IMG/VR virus record: IMGVR_UViG_3300036781_000179
Span: 1 to 64,000 of that record
Direction: 5' to 3' (one strand)
DNA from: a virus
Length of the DNA stretch: 64,000 nucleotides
Of this stretch, positions 26,854 through 37,875 are shown piece by piece (positions within the stretch are counted from its first letter, which is position 1; every line of letters starts with the position of its first letter). The notes below the pieces were generated by a model, which was not told the origin of the DNA, did not search any database, and saw only the letters and a list, made by a program, of their open reading frames with translations. The position numbers and the translations under genes were made by a program.

Positions 26854-28928
26854 TGGATATGGACTTTGAGGTAGGTAAACCAATTAAAGTTCACATATAT
26901 GAGGGACTATATTATACAACACCTCCTGTTCCAAAGCTTAATACCATAAGAGGGTACAAACTAAAAAAAGAAGACCAAGTCTACCATAGGGATACCACCT
27001 ACGAAAAATGGTCATGGAATGAGAACCCCAAAGATGGCACCGTTTGGTACATAGACCCCGAACCGGGGCAGTTAGAATGGTATTATGCAGAGATAGATAG
27101 GATACTAAATGGAGCATGGATAATAATTGAGGGTAAACCAGTATTCTTAAACCTATTTGCTTATTTCTACCATCAGTGGTTTGTTTTAAAAGAGGGCGGT
27201 TATCCTGAATATCGTGACAGTTCATTAGAATTTTTTCGGTTCATAGAGATTGTATTCAATGACCCAAAATGCCGTGGTGCCAATATGATGAAAGGTAGGC
27301 GTAAAGGCGTTTCTACCATGTGCATGTCTATCATGCTCCAATTTGGGTTAATCAAGCAGAACACAGAGCAAGGCATAACCTCTAAATCAGCTATTGATGC
27401 TGAAAAGATTTTCAAGTTGATGCTTGTCAACGGATATAGTAGGCTACCAAGTTTCCTTAAACCAAGATTAAGTGGTACAGATACCCCTGTCAAGACAATG
27501 CACATTACTAAACAGGCAGGCAGGATTACAAAAGAGGGTGGGACAGGCGCGAACAAAGAGGGCTTAAACAATAAGTTAGAATGGCGCGCACCGTCTTTAA
27601 ACGTATTTGACGGAGATGGTTTGTGGGTATTATTATTAGATGAAGCCGCAAAATGGGAGGACGTAAATATTGATGAATACTTAGAAATAGCCCTAAATAT
27701 CATAACCGCAGGAAAGCAAATAGGTCGTATCATCATAATAACTACTGTAAATAGAGGCGATAAAGGCGGTGACAATTATAAACCCGTATGGACAAACTCT
27801 GACCAAACAAAATTAAACGTATTAGGGCAGACAGAGAATAAACTATATCGTCACTTTATGCCCGGATACATGGGAGGAAGGGATGGAGGATGGATTGATA
27901 AATATGGAAACTCAGTTTGGGACACCCCAACGCCTGAACAAACAGAATATCTTAAAAACGACCCTAATACCCTTGATCCGTATATGGGGTGTAAAGAGTA
28001 TTGTGAACTGCAACGAAAGTTAAAAGCTAAAGACCCTGAGAAACTACAGGAAGAAATACGAATGTTCCCTTTCAACCCGGAGGAAGTATTTAATGCTGCC
28101 AACAACAAGTGCCACTTTAGTAATCCTGATGAAATAAACAACCAAATAGAAAGGGTAGAAGCCAAATTAGAAGATGCCAGTCTTTACCGCAGGGGATGGT
28201 TTAAAAAGATGGACAATGGCGATATTGAGTTTAAGGATGACCCGGAAGGACTATGGTACATATTAGAATTGTTAGAACCAAATCAGGCAAATAAATGGAT
28301 ATGGAAAAATGGTCAAAAAACCCCTAATAACACGGAATATGGTGCAGGAGGGGTAGATACATTCTCCAATAGTGAATCAACAGCAGAAAAAGGCTCTGAT
28401 GCCGCTATGTGCGTATTTAAACGATATAACCTGTTAGACCCTGAAAACTCAGGTATGCCAACAGCACTGTTTATAGGCAGGCCAAAGAATAAAAGGATAT
28501 TTAACCAACAGATATTTTGGGGTGCTGAATATTATGGCATTAAAATGCTTATAGAACGTGCGCCTACAGATTGGTACGATTATGCCGAAAAGGAAAAGAT
28601 ATTAGGATATTGCCTTAAAACAAAACTCAAAATCAACGGACAAGAGGTTTATGGCTGTGCGCCACAAGATCAGGAAGCAAGAGAGCAGCACTTAACAGAA
28701 ATGGTAGAATACATTGGCAATAATGTGGACAAGGTTTGGTTTTTAAGGATACTAAATGATTTGATACCATTTAATGTTAAGGACAGAACAAAATATGATG
28801 GTGCAATGGCATTTGGATACTCCCTAATGGCATGTAAAGACAAGTATAGAAGTATTGTGCCACCAAGTAAAAAAGAAGCTATTATAAAGACATTTAACCT
28901 GTTTAGTAAAAAACAAGCAAATTATTAA
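26853..28928 (+). CDS. terL: Terminase large subunit
   Basis: KGRRKGVST (Walker A variant), LLLDEAAKW (Walker B), EEIRMFP..PEEVF, nuclease GVDTF...KGSDAA, YDGAMA. Confidence 0.92.
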   Translation: MDMDFEVGKPIKVHIYEGLYYTTPPVPKLNTIRGYKLKKEDQVYHRDTTYEKWSWNENPKDGTVWYIDPEPGQLEWYYAEIDRILNGAWIIIEGKPVFLNLFAYFYHQWFVLKEGGYPEYRDSSLEFFRFIEIVFNDPKCRGANMMKGRRKGVSTMCMSIMLQFGLIKQNTEQGITSKSAIDAEKIFKLMLVNGYSRLPSFLKPRLSGTDTPVKTMHITKQAGRITKEGGTGANKEGLNNKLEWRAPSLNVFDGDGLWVLLLDEAAKWEDVNIDEYLEIALNIITAGKQIGRIIIITTVNRGDKGGDNYKPVWTNSDQTKLNVLGQTENKLYRHFMPGYMGGRDGGWIDKYGNSVWDTPTPEQTEYLKNDPNTLDPYMGCKEYCELQRKLKAKDPEKLQEEIRMFPFNPEEVFNAANNKCHFSNPDEINNQIERVEAKLEDASLYRRGWFKKMDNGDIEFKDDPEGLWYILELLEPNQANKWIWKNGQKTPNNTEYGAGGVDTFSNSESTAEKGSDAAMCVFKRYNLLDPENSGMPTALFIGRPKNKRIFNQQIFWGAEYYGIKMLIERAPTDWYDYAEKEKILGYCLKTKLKINGQEVYGCAPQDQEAREQHLTEMVEYIGNNVDKVWFLRILNDLIPFNVKDRTKYDGAMAFGYSLMACKDKYRSIVPPSKKEAIIKTFNLFSKKQANY

Positions 28929-28949
28929 TAAATTAGCATTAAAAAAGTC

Positions 28950-29378
28950 ATGGCAAAACTTCAACCACAACAGATAACACAGGCGATACAATTAGGAAAA
29001 TCATTAAATCCGGTCGATAAAGACCCTACGCCACCTATAAAATTAAAAAACGGTCAATTGTTGACGGTAGACCAATTTAATACATCTGCAAAAAATGGGA
29101 TGCCGTTCACCTCAATGAACACAATGGCAGACTACATCAATGGATGGGCGAGAAAGCTACCACCTGATTTAAAGTTTTCACCCTATTATAGAACATATGG
29201 GGGTCAAAACATCCCCGGTGGAGACATGGCTATATTACACGCCAAGTACTACAATAACCCACAAGTGATGCAAATACTACAAAGGAATATAGCAAAACCG
29301 GGGGAAGTTCCAATGTATAGCCCTGAAGATTCTGATGTGATAAAAAAGCTCCTATCGGTACAGCCTGAAAATAAATAA
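28950..29378 (+). CDS. hypothetical protein between terminase and portal
   Basis: 142-aa ORF. Confidence 0.7.
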   Translation: MAKLQPQQITQAIQLGKSLNPVDKDPTPPIKLKNGQLLTVDQFNTSAKNGMPFTSMNTMADYINGWARKLPPDLKFSPYYRTYGGQNIPGGDMAILHAKYYNNPQVMQILQRNIAKPGEVPMYSPEDSDVIKKLLSVQPENK

Positions 29379-29413
29379 AATAAATTAGTTAGATTTGACA
29401 AACTAAATAGACA

Positions 29414-31888
29414 ATGCCAGACGAAAATGTAATGCCTCAGTTTTATCAGGGGTCTTTTCCAAATCCTTTACTTCCGAAGAATATAATGGATAGACCAGAA
29501 ACTGGAGTGGCAGTTGCGAGGGCTATATATAATAGTTGTATAGATGGTGAGAACTCATTTTATTATAGGAGAAACAGTATTTTCGCACAGTGCCGCGTAT
29601 TTGGAGCAGGAAAGCAACCTTTTCAAACCTATTTAGACTTATTAGGAGTAGATGGCAAACAGTCATTTCTAAACTTAGATTATCATCCCCGACCTGTAGC
29701 ACCAAAATTCAGAAGTATTCTTGTTAATGACATTATGAACCGATTAGAAACGGTTAACTGTACAGGACTGTCATTGACTATGCAGGAACGTAAGAACCTG
29801 AAAAAAGCAGAAGCAGCATTCAGGATGGATCATGGTGACTACATTCAGGCAATAGAAGAACAAAGCGGAATGAAGTTTACTAACCCAAGTGACTTCACCC
29901 CTGAAAATGATGATGAGTTAGAACTATGGTCACAATTAAACGATAAAGAAAAAGAAGAATTGTTAATGGAGGAAGGTATAGAGTTTATACTATACAACAA
30001 TGACCAAAATGCAATTAAAAAAGAAATAGCCGAAGATTTAGTAGATACGGGTTTAGGGTGTGAATACACTTATTTTGACGGTAGAAAAAGGATACGTTGT
30101 AAGAGGATTAGACCAGAGTATTTAGTTTATGGAACTACTAATACGTTAAACTTTAGAAACATGCCATACATGGCTCATTTGGAGCGTATGAGCATTGTGG
30201 ATGTAAGGGCTATGTTCCCTAACTATCCCGAAAAAGAATTATACCAAAGAGCATACCAGTTTAAAGGGTTATATGGCAACCCATTGGGATTAGTAGATTT
30301 CGTTATTGACTTTGAAACAGCTTACACACGTCCTTATGATAGCTACTTGGTAGATGTATTGTTTTACGAGTATAAAGTAATTAAATCAATAGACTACACA
30401 AAAGGAACAGATAAGAATAATAATCCAATATTTGACCTATATAAAAAGACAAATGGGAATAATCCTAATAAAAAGTCTTATAAGATAACCATACCAACAA
30501 TTTACAAAGGAGCATGGTTAACCGGGGCAGATGATGTGATGCAGTGGGGAGAAATGGAAAACCTGATTAGGAATAATGAGGATGTGGAAGATGTAAGATT
30601 TAGTTATGCAGCTTACATGTTGAATAACAATGGGGACATGCTCCCTGTATCACCAATACAATCCATCAGGTCATCCATTGTACAGATGGACTTAGCAATA
30701 TTGAAAATACAGCACACCTTAGCCACAACACCTCCTAATGGTATGAAGATGGATATAGATGCCATTACTGAATTGGATTTAGGAACGGGATTAAAAAGTG
30801 TTGGGCCAATGAAACTAAGAGAGATTTGGTTGCAAACAGGGGACACGTATTATAGTGGTTCTAAAATATCAGGAGATAACGCCAATAGAAATCCAATAGA
30901 ACAAAACATTAATCAAATAGGAGATAAGATACAGCAGTATATAGGAGTGTACAACTTTGAATTAGGCTGTATAAGGGATTATATTGGGATTAACGAGGTA
31001 AAGGATGGCTCAGAAGTAAACCCACGCTTAGGTCTTGGTGTAATGCAAGGACAGTTACAAGCATCCAACACAGCAACAGCACATATTTATAACGGGTATA
31101 TCAGCATCAGAACAGACATATGTAAATCAGTAGCTATTATGTTATGGGATGCCCTGTCAACTGATACCACTAATGACATGTATATTAAGTTATTGGGTAA
31201 AAAGAATGCTGATTTCATTAAGTACAACAAGGAATTAACCAAAAGTAATTACCTGACCAAAATTAGCACCAATATGTCACAGGATGACAGAGTATTCTTA
31301 GAAAAGAACATTGAAGTAGCGTTAAGTCAAGGGAAAATAGAGTTGGAAGATGCGTTAATGGTGCGCAAATATGCAGAAACGAACATTGAATACGCTATTC
31401 GTTACTTGTCATTCATGCAAAAGAAACGAGCACAGATGGCACAAAAACAACAGATGCAGTTAGCTCAACAGCAACAGCAAGCTACTGCACAGCAAGCGCA
31501 GGTAATGATGGCACAAAAACAACAGGACGAAAAGGATATAGATGACAGAGAGATAAAGAAAGTTGATAAAAAGGGTTCATTGGATATGGTTTCATTGAAG
31601 CAGCAGTTGATTAATGCAGCATTATTGGAAAACATGAAATCAGGAGCAGTTTTACCTGCTTACGTACAGAATCTGATTAATGAGCAAATGGCTGCACAAA
31701 TAAATGAGCAGGAAACACAAATAGAGCAAATAGAAAACGCTTTACAATTGCATGACCTGCAAGTTACAACCCAACAGATACAAGCACAAGAACAACAGGC
31801 TATGGAGCAACAGCAAGCACAAGCGGCACAACAAGAACAACCAATGCCAGAAGGACAACCAATGGAACAAGATATGATGCCCCAATAG
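29414..31888 (+). CDS. Portal protein
   Basis: 824 aa after TerL; LNLDYHPRPVAPKF, IRDYIGINEVKDGS; Q-rich helical C-terminal barrel; upstream TAGATTTG promoter box. Confidence 0.88.
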   Translation: MPDENVMPQFYQGSFPNPLLPKNIMDRPETGVAVARAIYNSCIDGENSFYYRRNSIFAQCRVFGAGKQPFQTYLDLLGVDGKQSFLNLDYHPRPVAPKFRSILVNDIMNRLETVNCTGLSLTMQERKNLKKAEAAFRMDHGDYIQAIEEQSGMKFTNPSDFTPENDDELELWSQLNDKEKEELLMEEGIEFILYNNDQNAIKKEIAEDLVDTGLGCEYTYFDGRKRIRCKRIRPEYLVYGTTNTLNFRNMPYMAHLERMSIVDVRAMFPNYPEKELYQRAYQFKGLYGNPLGLVDFVIDFETAYTRPYDSYLVDVLFYEYKVIKSIDYTKGTDKNNNPIFDLYKKTNGNNPNKKSYKITIPTIYKGAWLTGADDVMQWGEMENLIRNNEDVEDVRFSYAAYMLNNNGDMLPVSPIQSIRSSIVQMDLAILKIQHTLATTPPNGMKMDIDAITELDLGTGLKSVGPMKLREIWLQTGDTYYSGSKISGDNANRNPIEQNINQIGDKIQQYIGVYNFELGCIRDYIGINEVKDGSEVNPRLGLGVMQGQLQASNTATAHIYNGYISIRTDICKSVAIMLWDALSTDTTNDMYIKLLGKKNADFIKYNKELTKSNYLTKISTNMSQDDRVFLEKNIEVALSQGKIELEDALMVRKYAETNIEYAIRYLSFMQKKRAQMAQKQQMQLAQQQQQATAQQAQVMMAQKQQDEKDIDDREIKKVDKKGSLDMVSLKQQLINAALLENMKSGAVLPAYVQNLINEQMAAQINEQETQIEQIENALQLHDLQVTTQQIQAQEQQAMEQQQAQAAQQEQPMPEGQPMEQDMMPQ

Positions 31889-31938
31889 GCTATTTGGAAT
31901 AATGAAAAAGTTAATTTAAATTTGATAAAAATAGATTT

Positions 31939-32982
31939 ATGGCAGTTGATGTAAATTCAATGGAGTATGAGTTCTTTACAGAACAAATAACAACACCCGA
32001 AGCAGAAGTTGTAGAGGAAACACCAGTAGTTGAAGAAACTCCGGTTGCAGAGGTAGTAACTCCTGAACCTGTAATAGAACAACCAATAGCAGAAACCCCC
32101 GTAGTTGAGGAAGCCAAATTTTGGACGCCTGAATTTAAGAAAGAAAGCGACAGGTATATCTATTCAAAATTGGCAGAAGGTGATGAAAAATCTGTTTACG
32201 AAGTACTTAAACAAAAATACCAATACGATTCATTTTCAGATGAACAAAAGGCAATAGCTTATATTGCTGCTAAAAACCCTGAATTAGATGATGCTGATTT
32301 GGCATTTATGGCCGCAACAGAATACGGTATCGGAGCAGAAGAAATTTCAGAAGATGAATTAACAGATGCACAGTTATTGGAAATAAAGAAACAGGCTTTA
32401 GGTCGTAAGAAACTCATTAGTCAAGCCAATTCCTATTTCGCAGAACAAGCGGCTAATATAGAGTTGCCACCACTTCCCAACCCGATAGACTTAGACAACG
32501 ATTACAAAGTTTACAAGACACAACAGGAATCGGCAAAAGAACAAGCAATAAAAGACAAAGAGTTGTATGACAATACGCTCCAATCAATAGAAACAAATGC
32601 CAAGATTATAACAGAAGTCAACGAGAAAATTGAGATTGATATTGACGAAGGCAAGTTTGCCTTAGATACCAATTTTAAACTAAACGAGGATAGACAAAAA
32701 CAATTAGCTGATTTTACAAAACGTTATACCCCTACAACAGAGGAATTACAAGCGTTTACAGACACCCAAACAGGCAAGTTCGACTATAAGGGATACATGT
32801 CTATGTTAGCACCACGTGTTTTTGCAAAAGAGATCATGGCAGCAGGAATGAAACAAGCATTAGCAAAAGACAGACAGCAATTCATTGAAAAAGAACTCAA
32901 AAACTCCACGTTACGGAATAACGATGTTTCTCAAACAGTAGAAACGCCATTTGATATTTTTACTGCTTATTCGTTCGGTTAA
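31939..32982 (+). CDS. Capsid scaffolding protein
   Basis: Acidic E/P/V-rich N-terminus, helical, between portal and capsid genes. Confidence 0.7.
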   Translation: MAVDVNSMEYEFFTEQITTPEAEVVEETPVVEETPVAEVVTPEPVIEQPIAETPVVEEAKFWTPEFKKESDRYIYSKLAEGDEKSVYEVLKQKYQYDSFSDEQKAIAYIAAKNPELDDADLAFMAATEYGIGAEEISEDELTDAQLLEIKKQALGRKKLISQANSYFAEQAANIELPPLPNPIDLDNDYKVYKTQQESAKEQAIKDKELYDNTLQSIETNAKIITEVNEKIEIDIDEGKFALDTNFKLNEDRQKQLADFTKRYTPTTEELQAFTDTQTGKFDYKGYMSMLAPRVFAKEIMAAGMKQALAKDRQQFIEKELKNSTLRNNDVSQTVETPFDIFTAYSFG

Positions 32983-33021
32983 TTAACAAAAATATTCGAA
33001 CTTATTTAAAAACTTAAAACA

Positions 33022-34383
33022 ATGGCACAGCCAACCGGACAAAACCCATCACACGTAGGACTACCTAATGGTGTAAATTATCAGTATCTATCTGATTTAT
33101 CCATGTTAGTACCCCGTTCATTTCCAAAATTCATTAAACAATTTCCTGATTTAGCCTCTAAAAACTATATTGTTTTAAGGGAAGCTCAAGGATCAGGTGT
33201 TTATACGCCAAACAAAACGTTCTATTACTGGACACAAAAGGGCAAAAACGCACCATCATTTAAAGTACAGACCAACGTAGCAGCAGGTGCATCATCTGCC
33301 ACTATTACTTGTGCTACCGCTTACTACATTGACAACAACACCTTGTCACCATTGGCAAATGGTCACTACTATCGTAATGATACAAGTGGTCAACTATACC
33401 AATTGACAAACGTTAACGTAACTACTCCGGGAGCGCACACTGCTACCGTGACCACTACTGATGGCTCTAACGTGGCTATTTCAACCACTGACCTGTTAGT
33501 ATGGTATCCAACAGTAGTAGGTGAGAAATCAGGTTCACAATCAACCATTGCACAAGTAGACGTAAAGAATACCAACTATTGCGCTACCATCAAAACCACT
33601 CAGGAATTTACTGATTGGGCATTGTTTGAGCGTTTGGATATACCTAACAACCCAGAAGGTTTCGACCGTATTAAATTCCGTCAATCTTATAATGAGAAAG
33701 ACCGTTTCTTAATGCAACAGGAAACCCTTTTGATGTTTGGTACTCCGTTTACCAATATTGCGGGTGTTCCTAACCAACACACAGGTTTAGTTCCATTGGT
33801 TCAGGCAAATGGTCAGACTGATACCACTTCAACAGTAGTAAATCAGGCTTACTTTGATAACATCCGCAGGAACATTGATGCACAAGGTTATTCAATGAAC
33901 TTTGATGCTTTGTTGAACATTGAATTGCGCATGAAATGGGAAAACTTTATTGCAAGCTCATTTAACGCAGGGTCATTGGTTTACAAAAATGAGGAAGCAT
34001 TCAAAGGAGAAGGTGCAGAAATCAACCGTAACTTTAAAGCTTACGATTTCCACGGCATCCAATTGAACTTCAAAACTTATGATTATTTCTCTACAGCAAA
34101 TATCTATGGTGAAACACCAAACACAGGCTTGTGGAACAACGCAGCCCTGTTAATCCCACGTGGAGATGGCGTTAACCCTGAAGATGGTACTAACGTGCCA
34201 CGTTTCAATGTTAGATGGCAAGGAGAGAGCGAAACCTCAACTCCGGTTAAATTACGTTTAACTGGTGGTCTTGCTCCTGTACCAACAGATGACGTTGAGC
34301 ACTTGGTAGTATCAACTGTAGCTACTAAAGGTGTGCAAGTATTTGGTATCAATGGTTACCAATTCCTGCAATTAGCATCGTAA
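33022..34383 (+). CDS. Major capsid protein
   Basis: 453 aa following the scaffold; highly biased codon usage; followed by a strong terminator. Confidence 0.82.
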   Translation: MAQPTGQNPSHVGLPNGVNYQYLSDLSMLVPRSFPKFIKQFPDLASKNYIVLREAQGSGVYTPNKTFYYWTQKGKNAPSFKVQTNVAAGASSATITCATAYYIDNNTLSPLANGHYYRNDTSGQLYQLTNVNVTTPGAHTATVTTTDGSNVAISTTDLLVWYPTVVGEKSGSQSTIAQVDVKNTNYCATIKTTQEFTDWALFERLDIPNNPEGFDRIKFRQSYNEKDRFLMQQETLLMFGTPFTNIAGVPNQHTGLVPLVQANGQTDTTSTVVNQAYFDNIRRNIDAQGYSMNFDALLNIELRMKWENFIASSFNAGSLVYKNEEAFKGEGAEINRNFKAYDFHGIQLNFKTYDYFSTANIYGETPNTGLWNNAALLIPRGDGVNPEDGTNVPRFNVRWQGESETSTPVKLRLTGGLAPVPTDDVEHLVVSTVATKGVQVFGINGYQFLQLAS

Positions 34384-34390
34384 CAACATT

Positions 34391-34420
34391 AAAGGGGATG
34401 CAATTTAGTGTCCCCTTTTT
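34391..34420 (+). terminator. Intrinsic terminator after the capsid gene
   Basis: AAAGGGGATGC-AATTTA-GTGTCCCCTTTTT. Confidence 0.8.
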
Positions 34421-34430
34421 ATAAATTAAT

Positions 34431-35327
34431 ATGGAAGGATTAGCAGCAACACCAACTAAAAAACGGGGTAACCCAAATTTCGGGAAAAGGAATTTAGACG
34501 ATTCAGAACAAGAAACCACGAATCCTATTGACTTAGGGTTTGAAATTGATGTTGATAAGACATACGTCTTTGAAACAATCAAAAAATCAGATATTCCAAG
34601 AGTAGAAAACTTGGGCAATAAATGCCGTATTTACGATGTAACAGAGAAAAGATACCGTGAATTAAGGTATGTGCCTGTTGCAGATAGTATTTACAAAGAA
34701 GATCAGCATGAAAGCTATGACAACTATCCTGATACACCATTGGCATTTTACAGGAATCAGATATTGGTAAAAGGGTCAGACAGGCGTTTAATGGAATACA
34801 TGTTAAACCATGACCTATACGAACATAGCCCTTACAGGATTTCAAACAAACCTGCTTTTTTCACATTGGTAGATAAAGAAGTACAGGAAAAAATAAAGGC
34901 GAAGCGTCATGAAACAGAAATGAATGCGTTAAGTGCCATTAAAGATATGACTATAGAGGATTTAAAGCCTATTGTAAGGATTATCTTTGGAATTACAGAA
35001 GATAGTGACTTAGCCATTATAAATGCCATGAACGAGCTTATTAAGCAGCCCAAAAAAGGAAGCGAAAAGCAAAGCAATGCAGAGAAAGTACTGGACAACT
35101 TAGGGAATCCAAAATTGGTTAGAAAATACAATATTCAGAATGCGTTGGATAATGGCATAATCGTAGCCGACACTAATAAAATGCAGGTTAGATTGTCAGA
35201 AAACAACACGTTCTTATGTAATTTAGTAAGGGCTACCTCCCCTAATGGCATATTAGAGGAACTAACAGCATGGTCATTTACTCCTGATGGAGAAAAAGTA
35301 TATAATGTAATAAGGAAAAAGGTTTAA
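34431..35327 (+). CDS. Conserved structural/assembly protein downstream of the MCP
   Basis: 298 aa with RELRY motif; position typical of crAss-like head modules. Confidence 0.65.
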   Translation: MEGLAATPTKKRGNPNFGKRNLDDSEQETTNPIDLGFEIDVDKTYVFETIKKSDIPRVENLGNKCRIYDVTEKRYRELRYVPVADSIYKEDQHESYDNYPDTPLAFYRNQILVKGSDRRLMEYMLNHDLYEHSPYRISNKPAFFTLVDKEVQEKIKAKRHETEMNALSAIKDMTIEDLKPIVRIIFGITEDSDLAIINAMNELIKQPKKGSEKQSNAEKVLDNLGNPKLVRKYNIQNALDNGIIVADTNKMQVRLSENNTFLCNLVRATSPNGILEELTAWSFTPDGEKVYNVIRKKV

Positions 35328-35347
35328 TAGCGTTTCACTCCCTCCGA

Positions 35348-35389
35348 GAAGCCCCGTTCAGTATAAAATCTGCCGGGGTTTCGTTTTTT
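35348..35389. terminator. Intrinsic terminator
   Basis: GAAGCCCCG...CGGGGTTTC-GTTTTTT. Confidence 0.7.
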
Positions 35390-35549
35390 ACCTAAACCAA
35401 ATGGTATAGACCAATAGCCAACCTACTATTGCTAATATCACACAAACACCCCTATATCCCCAATAGTAAACCGTTGGAGTAGGCAGCACAAAACTAAGAA
35501 GCGTGAATACAATAGTAGATACTGTAATAAATAATTTAGTGATTTCCAT
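35388..35549 (-). CDS. Small two-TM membrane protein (53 aa, not in the ORF track)
   Basis: Manual translation MEITKLFITVSTIVFTLLSFVLPTPTVYYWGYRGVCVILAIVGWLLVYTIWFR*. Confidence 0.55.
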   Translation of the reverse strand: MEITKLFITVSTIVFTLLSFVLPTPTVYYWGYRGVCVILAIVGWLLVYTIWFR

Positions 35550-35580
35550 AATCACACTACAACCAAAAAAAGAAAAAGTT

Positions 35581-35745
35581 TTATTTACCTTTAACCTTCT
35601 TTAGAGCAGGATTTGCTTTTTTAGCCGCAGAACTTGCACCTCTGCTCGCAGATGCGACAATAGCTCCGGCTGATTTCTTTGAGTAACCTTCTTTTTCTAC
35701 TTTTTGCATTGCTCCTTTGAAGCCGATGTGTTTTACTTTTTTCAT
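35581..35745 (-). CDS. Small highly basic Lys/Ala-rich protein (54 aa, not in the ORF track)
   Basis: Manual translation MKKVKHIGFKGAMQKVEKEGYSKKSAGAIVASASRGASSAAKKANPALKKVKGK*. Confidence 0.7.
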   Translation of the reverse strand: MKKVKHIGFKGAMQKVEKEGYSKKSAGAIVASASRGASSAAKKANPALKKVKGK

Positions 35746-35796
35746 GACTTTTTTTCTTTATATTTGATAATTCAAAAATAGTATATTTACAGGGAA

Positions 35797-36459
35797 ATGA
35801 TAAATATAAATGACGTTAAAGTTCTGAGTTATGATTTAGCAGCGAAGCAGGAACGTGCATTCCCATCACCTGATGAATTTAACTCTTATGCAAATTTAGC
35901 AAGTTTAGACCTATTTAACTATTACAACGATGAACGTAATAAAATGTTATTGCGTGTTAAATCAGGAGAATCATTAAAAATACCACAGGTTTTAAACAAT
36001 TTCGTACTGAATGATGTAAGTTTAACATTAACATCAGGGTCGGCATCGGTTCCATCAAATTATGCTTATGATTTAGCATTTAAAACCCCTGTAAATTCAG
36101 TTAATAAAACCATAATAAAAGTAGATTTTGACAAGGTAGAAAGTTATTTAAACAGCACTATTGACCCACCAACAGCTACAAACCCTATTTTTATAGAAAC
36201 TGCAAACAATTTCCAAATATATCCAACCACTATAACACCTGCTTTGTTAACCTATTTAAAATACCCTGATACCGTAGTATGGGGATATTCAATGGCTACA
36301 GGCAGACCTGTTTATGATCCTACAACATCAGTTAATTTTGAATGGCCGGAATCGGAGTTATTCAGGTTAACAGCAAGGATTTTAGGATATATGGGAATAT
36401 CCATTAGAGATAGCGAATTAGAACGGTATGCACAACAGCAAACACAAATAGCAAGTTAA
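35797..36459 (+). CDS. Tail ring/adaptor (tubular) protein
   Basis: SPDEFN..AN.A; LTYLKYP...WGY......YDP.TS.NFE; typical Bacteroidota podovirus ring protein pattern. Confidence 0.7.
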   Translation: MININDVKVLSYDLAAKQERAFPSPDEFNSYANLASLDLFNYYNDERNKMLLRVKSGESLKIPQVLNNFVLNDVSLTLTSGSASVPSNYAYDLAFKTPVNSVNKTIIKVDFDKVESYLNSTIDPPTATNPIFIETANNFQIYPTTITPALLTYLKYPDTVVWGYSMATGRPVYDPTTSVNFEWPESELFRLTARILGYMGISIRDSELERYAQQQTQIAS

Positions 36460-36460
36460 C

Positions 36461-37111
36461 ATGGCACTAACCACTAAAAGACAAATTGTAGACGAAATAC
36501 GTTATCAAGTGTTTGGAGGAATGCCAAATAACAGCACAGCTATCAGTGAGAACTTTGTGTTAAGGTTGTTGAATAATAGAATAGCAGAAGCAGCCGTTAA
36601 AAACTCTTACATCAATTCAAATTTAGAAGGAGTTTTGTATGCAGATGATATTTTCACACTAACCTACAGTAACATCACTTTACTAACAGATGCTAATTCA
36701 GGGCTTAAATACTTTGAATTACCAACACAACCAGTAGGTTTACCAAATAAACGTGCTATAACCATATTCCCACCAAAAACAAGGGGTGGTTTTATGGATG
36801 ACCTATTTAAGCCAATACTTAGAAGTAAGGTAACAAAAGTAAGGAGGTTGCCTAATTTAAAAAAGGTATTTCACTTTACTGAAAACGGAAATGAATACTT
36901 TGTAGACAATTTTCAGATCATGGATTCTTTTTCCAACGTTAACCTGTCTATAGTGAGCGCAGGAGCATTGGATTTGGATGATAATATAAACATGCCAGAA
37001 GATATGATAAGTGGCGTAAAAGCCCTGATAATAGCAGAATGTAGACAGATGATGGGTATTCAAGATTTGACCCCACTTCCCGCAGTCGATAACCCTCAAC
37101 CTCGTAGATAA
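36461..37111 (+). CDS. Tail ring/adaptor protein
   Basis: Position; C-terminal INMPEDMI motif. Confidence 0.6.
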   Translation: MALTTKRQIVDEIRYQVFGGMPNNSTAISENFVLRLLNNRIAEAAVKNSYINSNLEGVLYADDIFTLTYSNITLLTDANSGLKYFELPTQPVGLPNKRAITIFPPKTRGGFMDDLFKPILRSKVTKVRRLPNLKKVFHFTENGNEYFVDNFQIMDSFSNVNLSIVSAGALDLDDNINMPEDMISGVKALIIAECRQMMGIQDLTPLPAVDNPQPRR

Positions 37112-37872
37112 TGGAATCAGCATTAATTACATTAGATGAAGTAACAGAATTTTTTTTAGACCAATTTGATTACATTCCTGAATCGAGATATGACAAAGTA
37201 TCAAGGTTGGCTATAAGAGGTTTTCGTTTGTTTCATCGTGATTCCACAGGCATACCAAAAACAGTAACCATACCCGTACAGGCTAACAATACAGCAGTAT
37301 TGCCATCTGATTGTTTAACTAAGATAGCAATAGGTGTACTAAACCAACGCGGAGAGATCGCCTCATTAACAGAAGATAGTTTACTGTCACTCACAAAGGA
37401 TGAAAGTTCACAGAGGCTAAAACAACCTACAGACCATACTTTGATTGATAACACAGATATGATTATCAACTTTACCGAAAACTTAAATACAACCTATCCA
37501 TTTTTAGGATATGGACAATATGGTTTAGGCGCGACAGGTACATTAGGATTTTACAGGATTGATTGGGGACACAGGGTAATTATATTCAATTTTGGATTTT
37601 GTCAACAAGAGATTATATTTGAATATTTGGCTACCCCTAATTGCGAGGATGGTAATTTTATGATTAACGCCTTATATCAGGAAGCACTGATAGCGTTTAT
37701 AGCGTGGCAGTATAGTGTAGGAGATAAAAAGGCAAGCAGGGCAGAACGTTTGGACAATAAGAGAGATTATGATGTAGCCTATGCTAATGCAAGACGTGCC
37801 GCTCATCCTTTTGACCCAAGCAACGTGTACAACCAATATAGGCAAGGAGTTCGTTTATCCCCTAAAGCATAA
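37111..37872 (+). CDS. Tail ring/tubular protein
   Basis: LAIRG, VLPSDC, IFEYLA, YQEALIAFI. Confidence 0.65.
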   Translation: MESALITLDEVTEFFLDQFDYIPESRYDKVSRLAIRGFRLFHRDSTGIPKTVTIPVQANNTAVLPSDCLTKIAIGVLNQRGEIASLTEDSLLSLTKDESSQRLKQPTDHTLIDNTDMIINFTENLNTTYPFLGYGQYGLGATGTLGFYRIDWGHRVIIFNFGFCQQEIIFEYLATPNCEDGNFMINALYQEALIAFIAWQYSVGDKKASRAERLDNKRDYDVAYANARRAAHPFDPSNVYNQYRQGVRLSPKA

Positions 37873-37875
37873 GAG

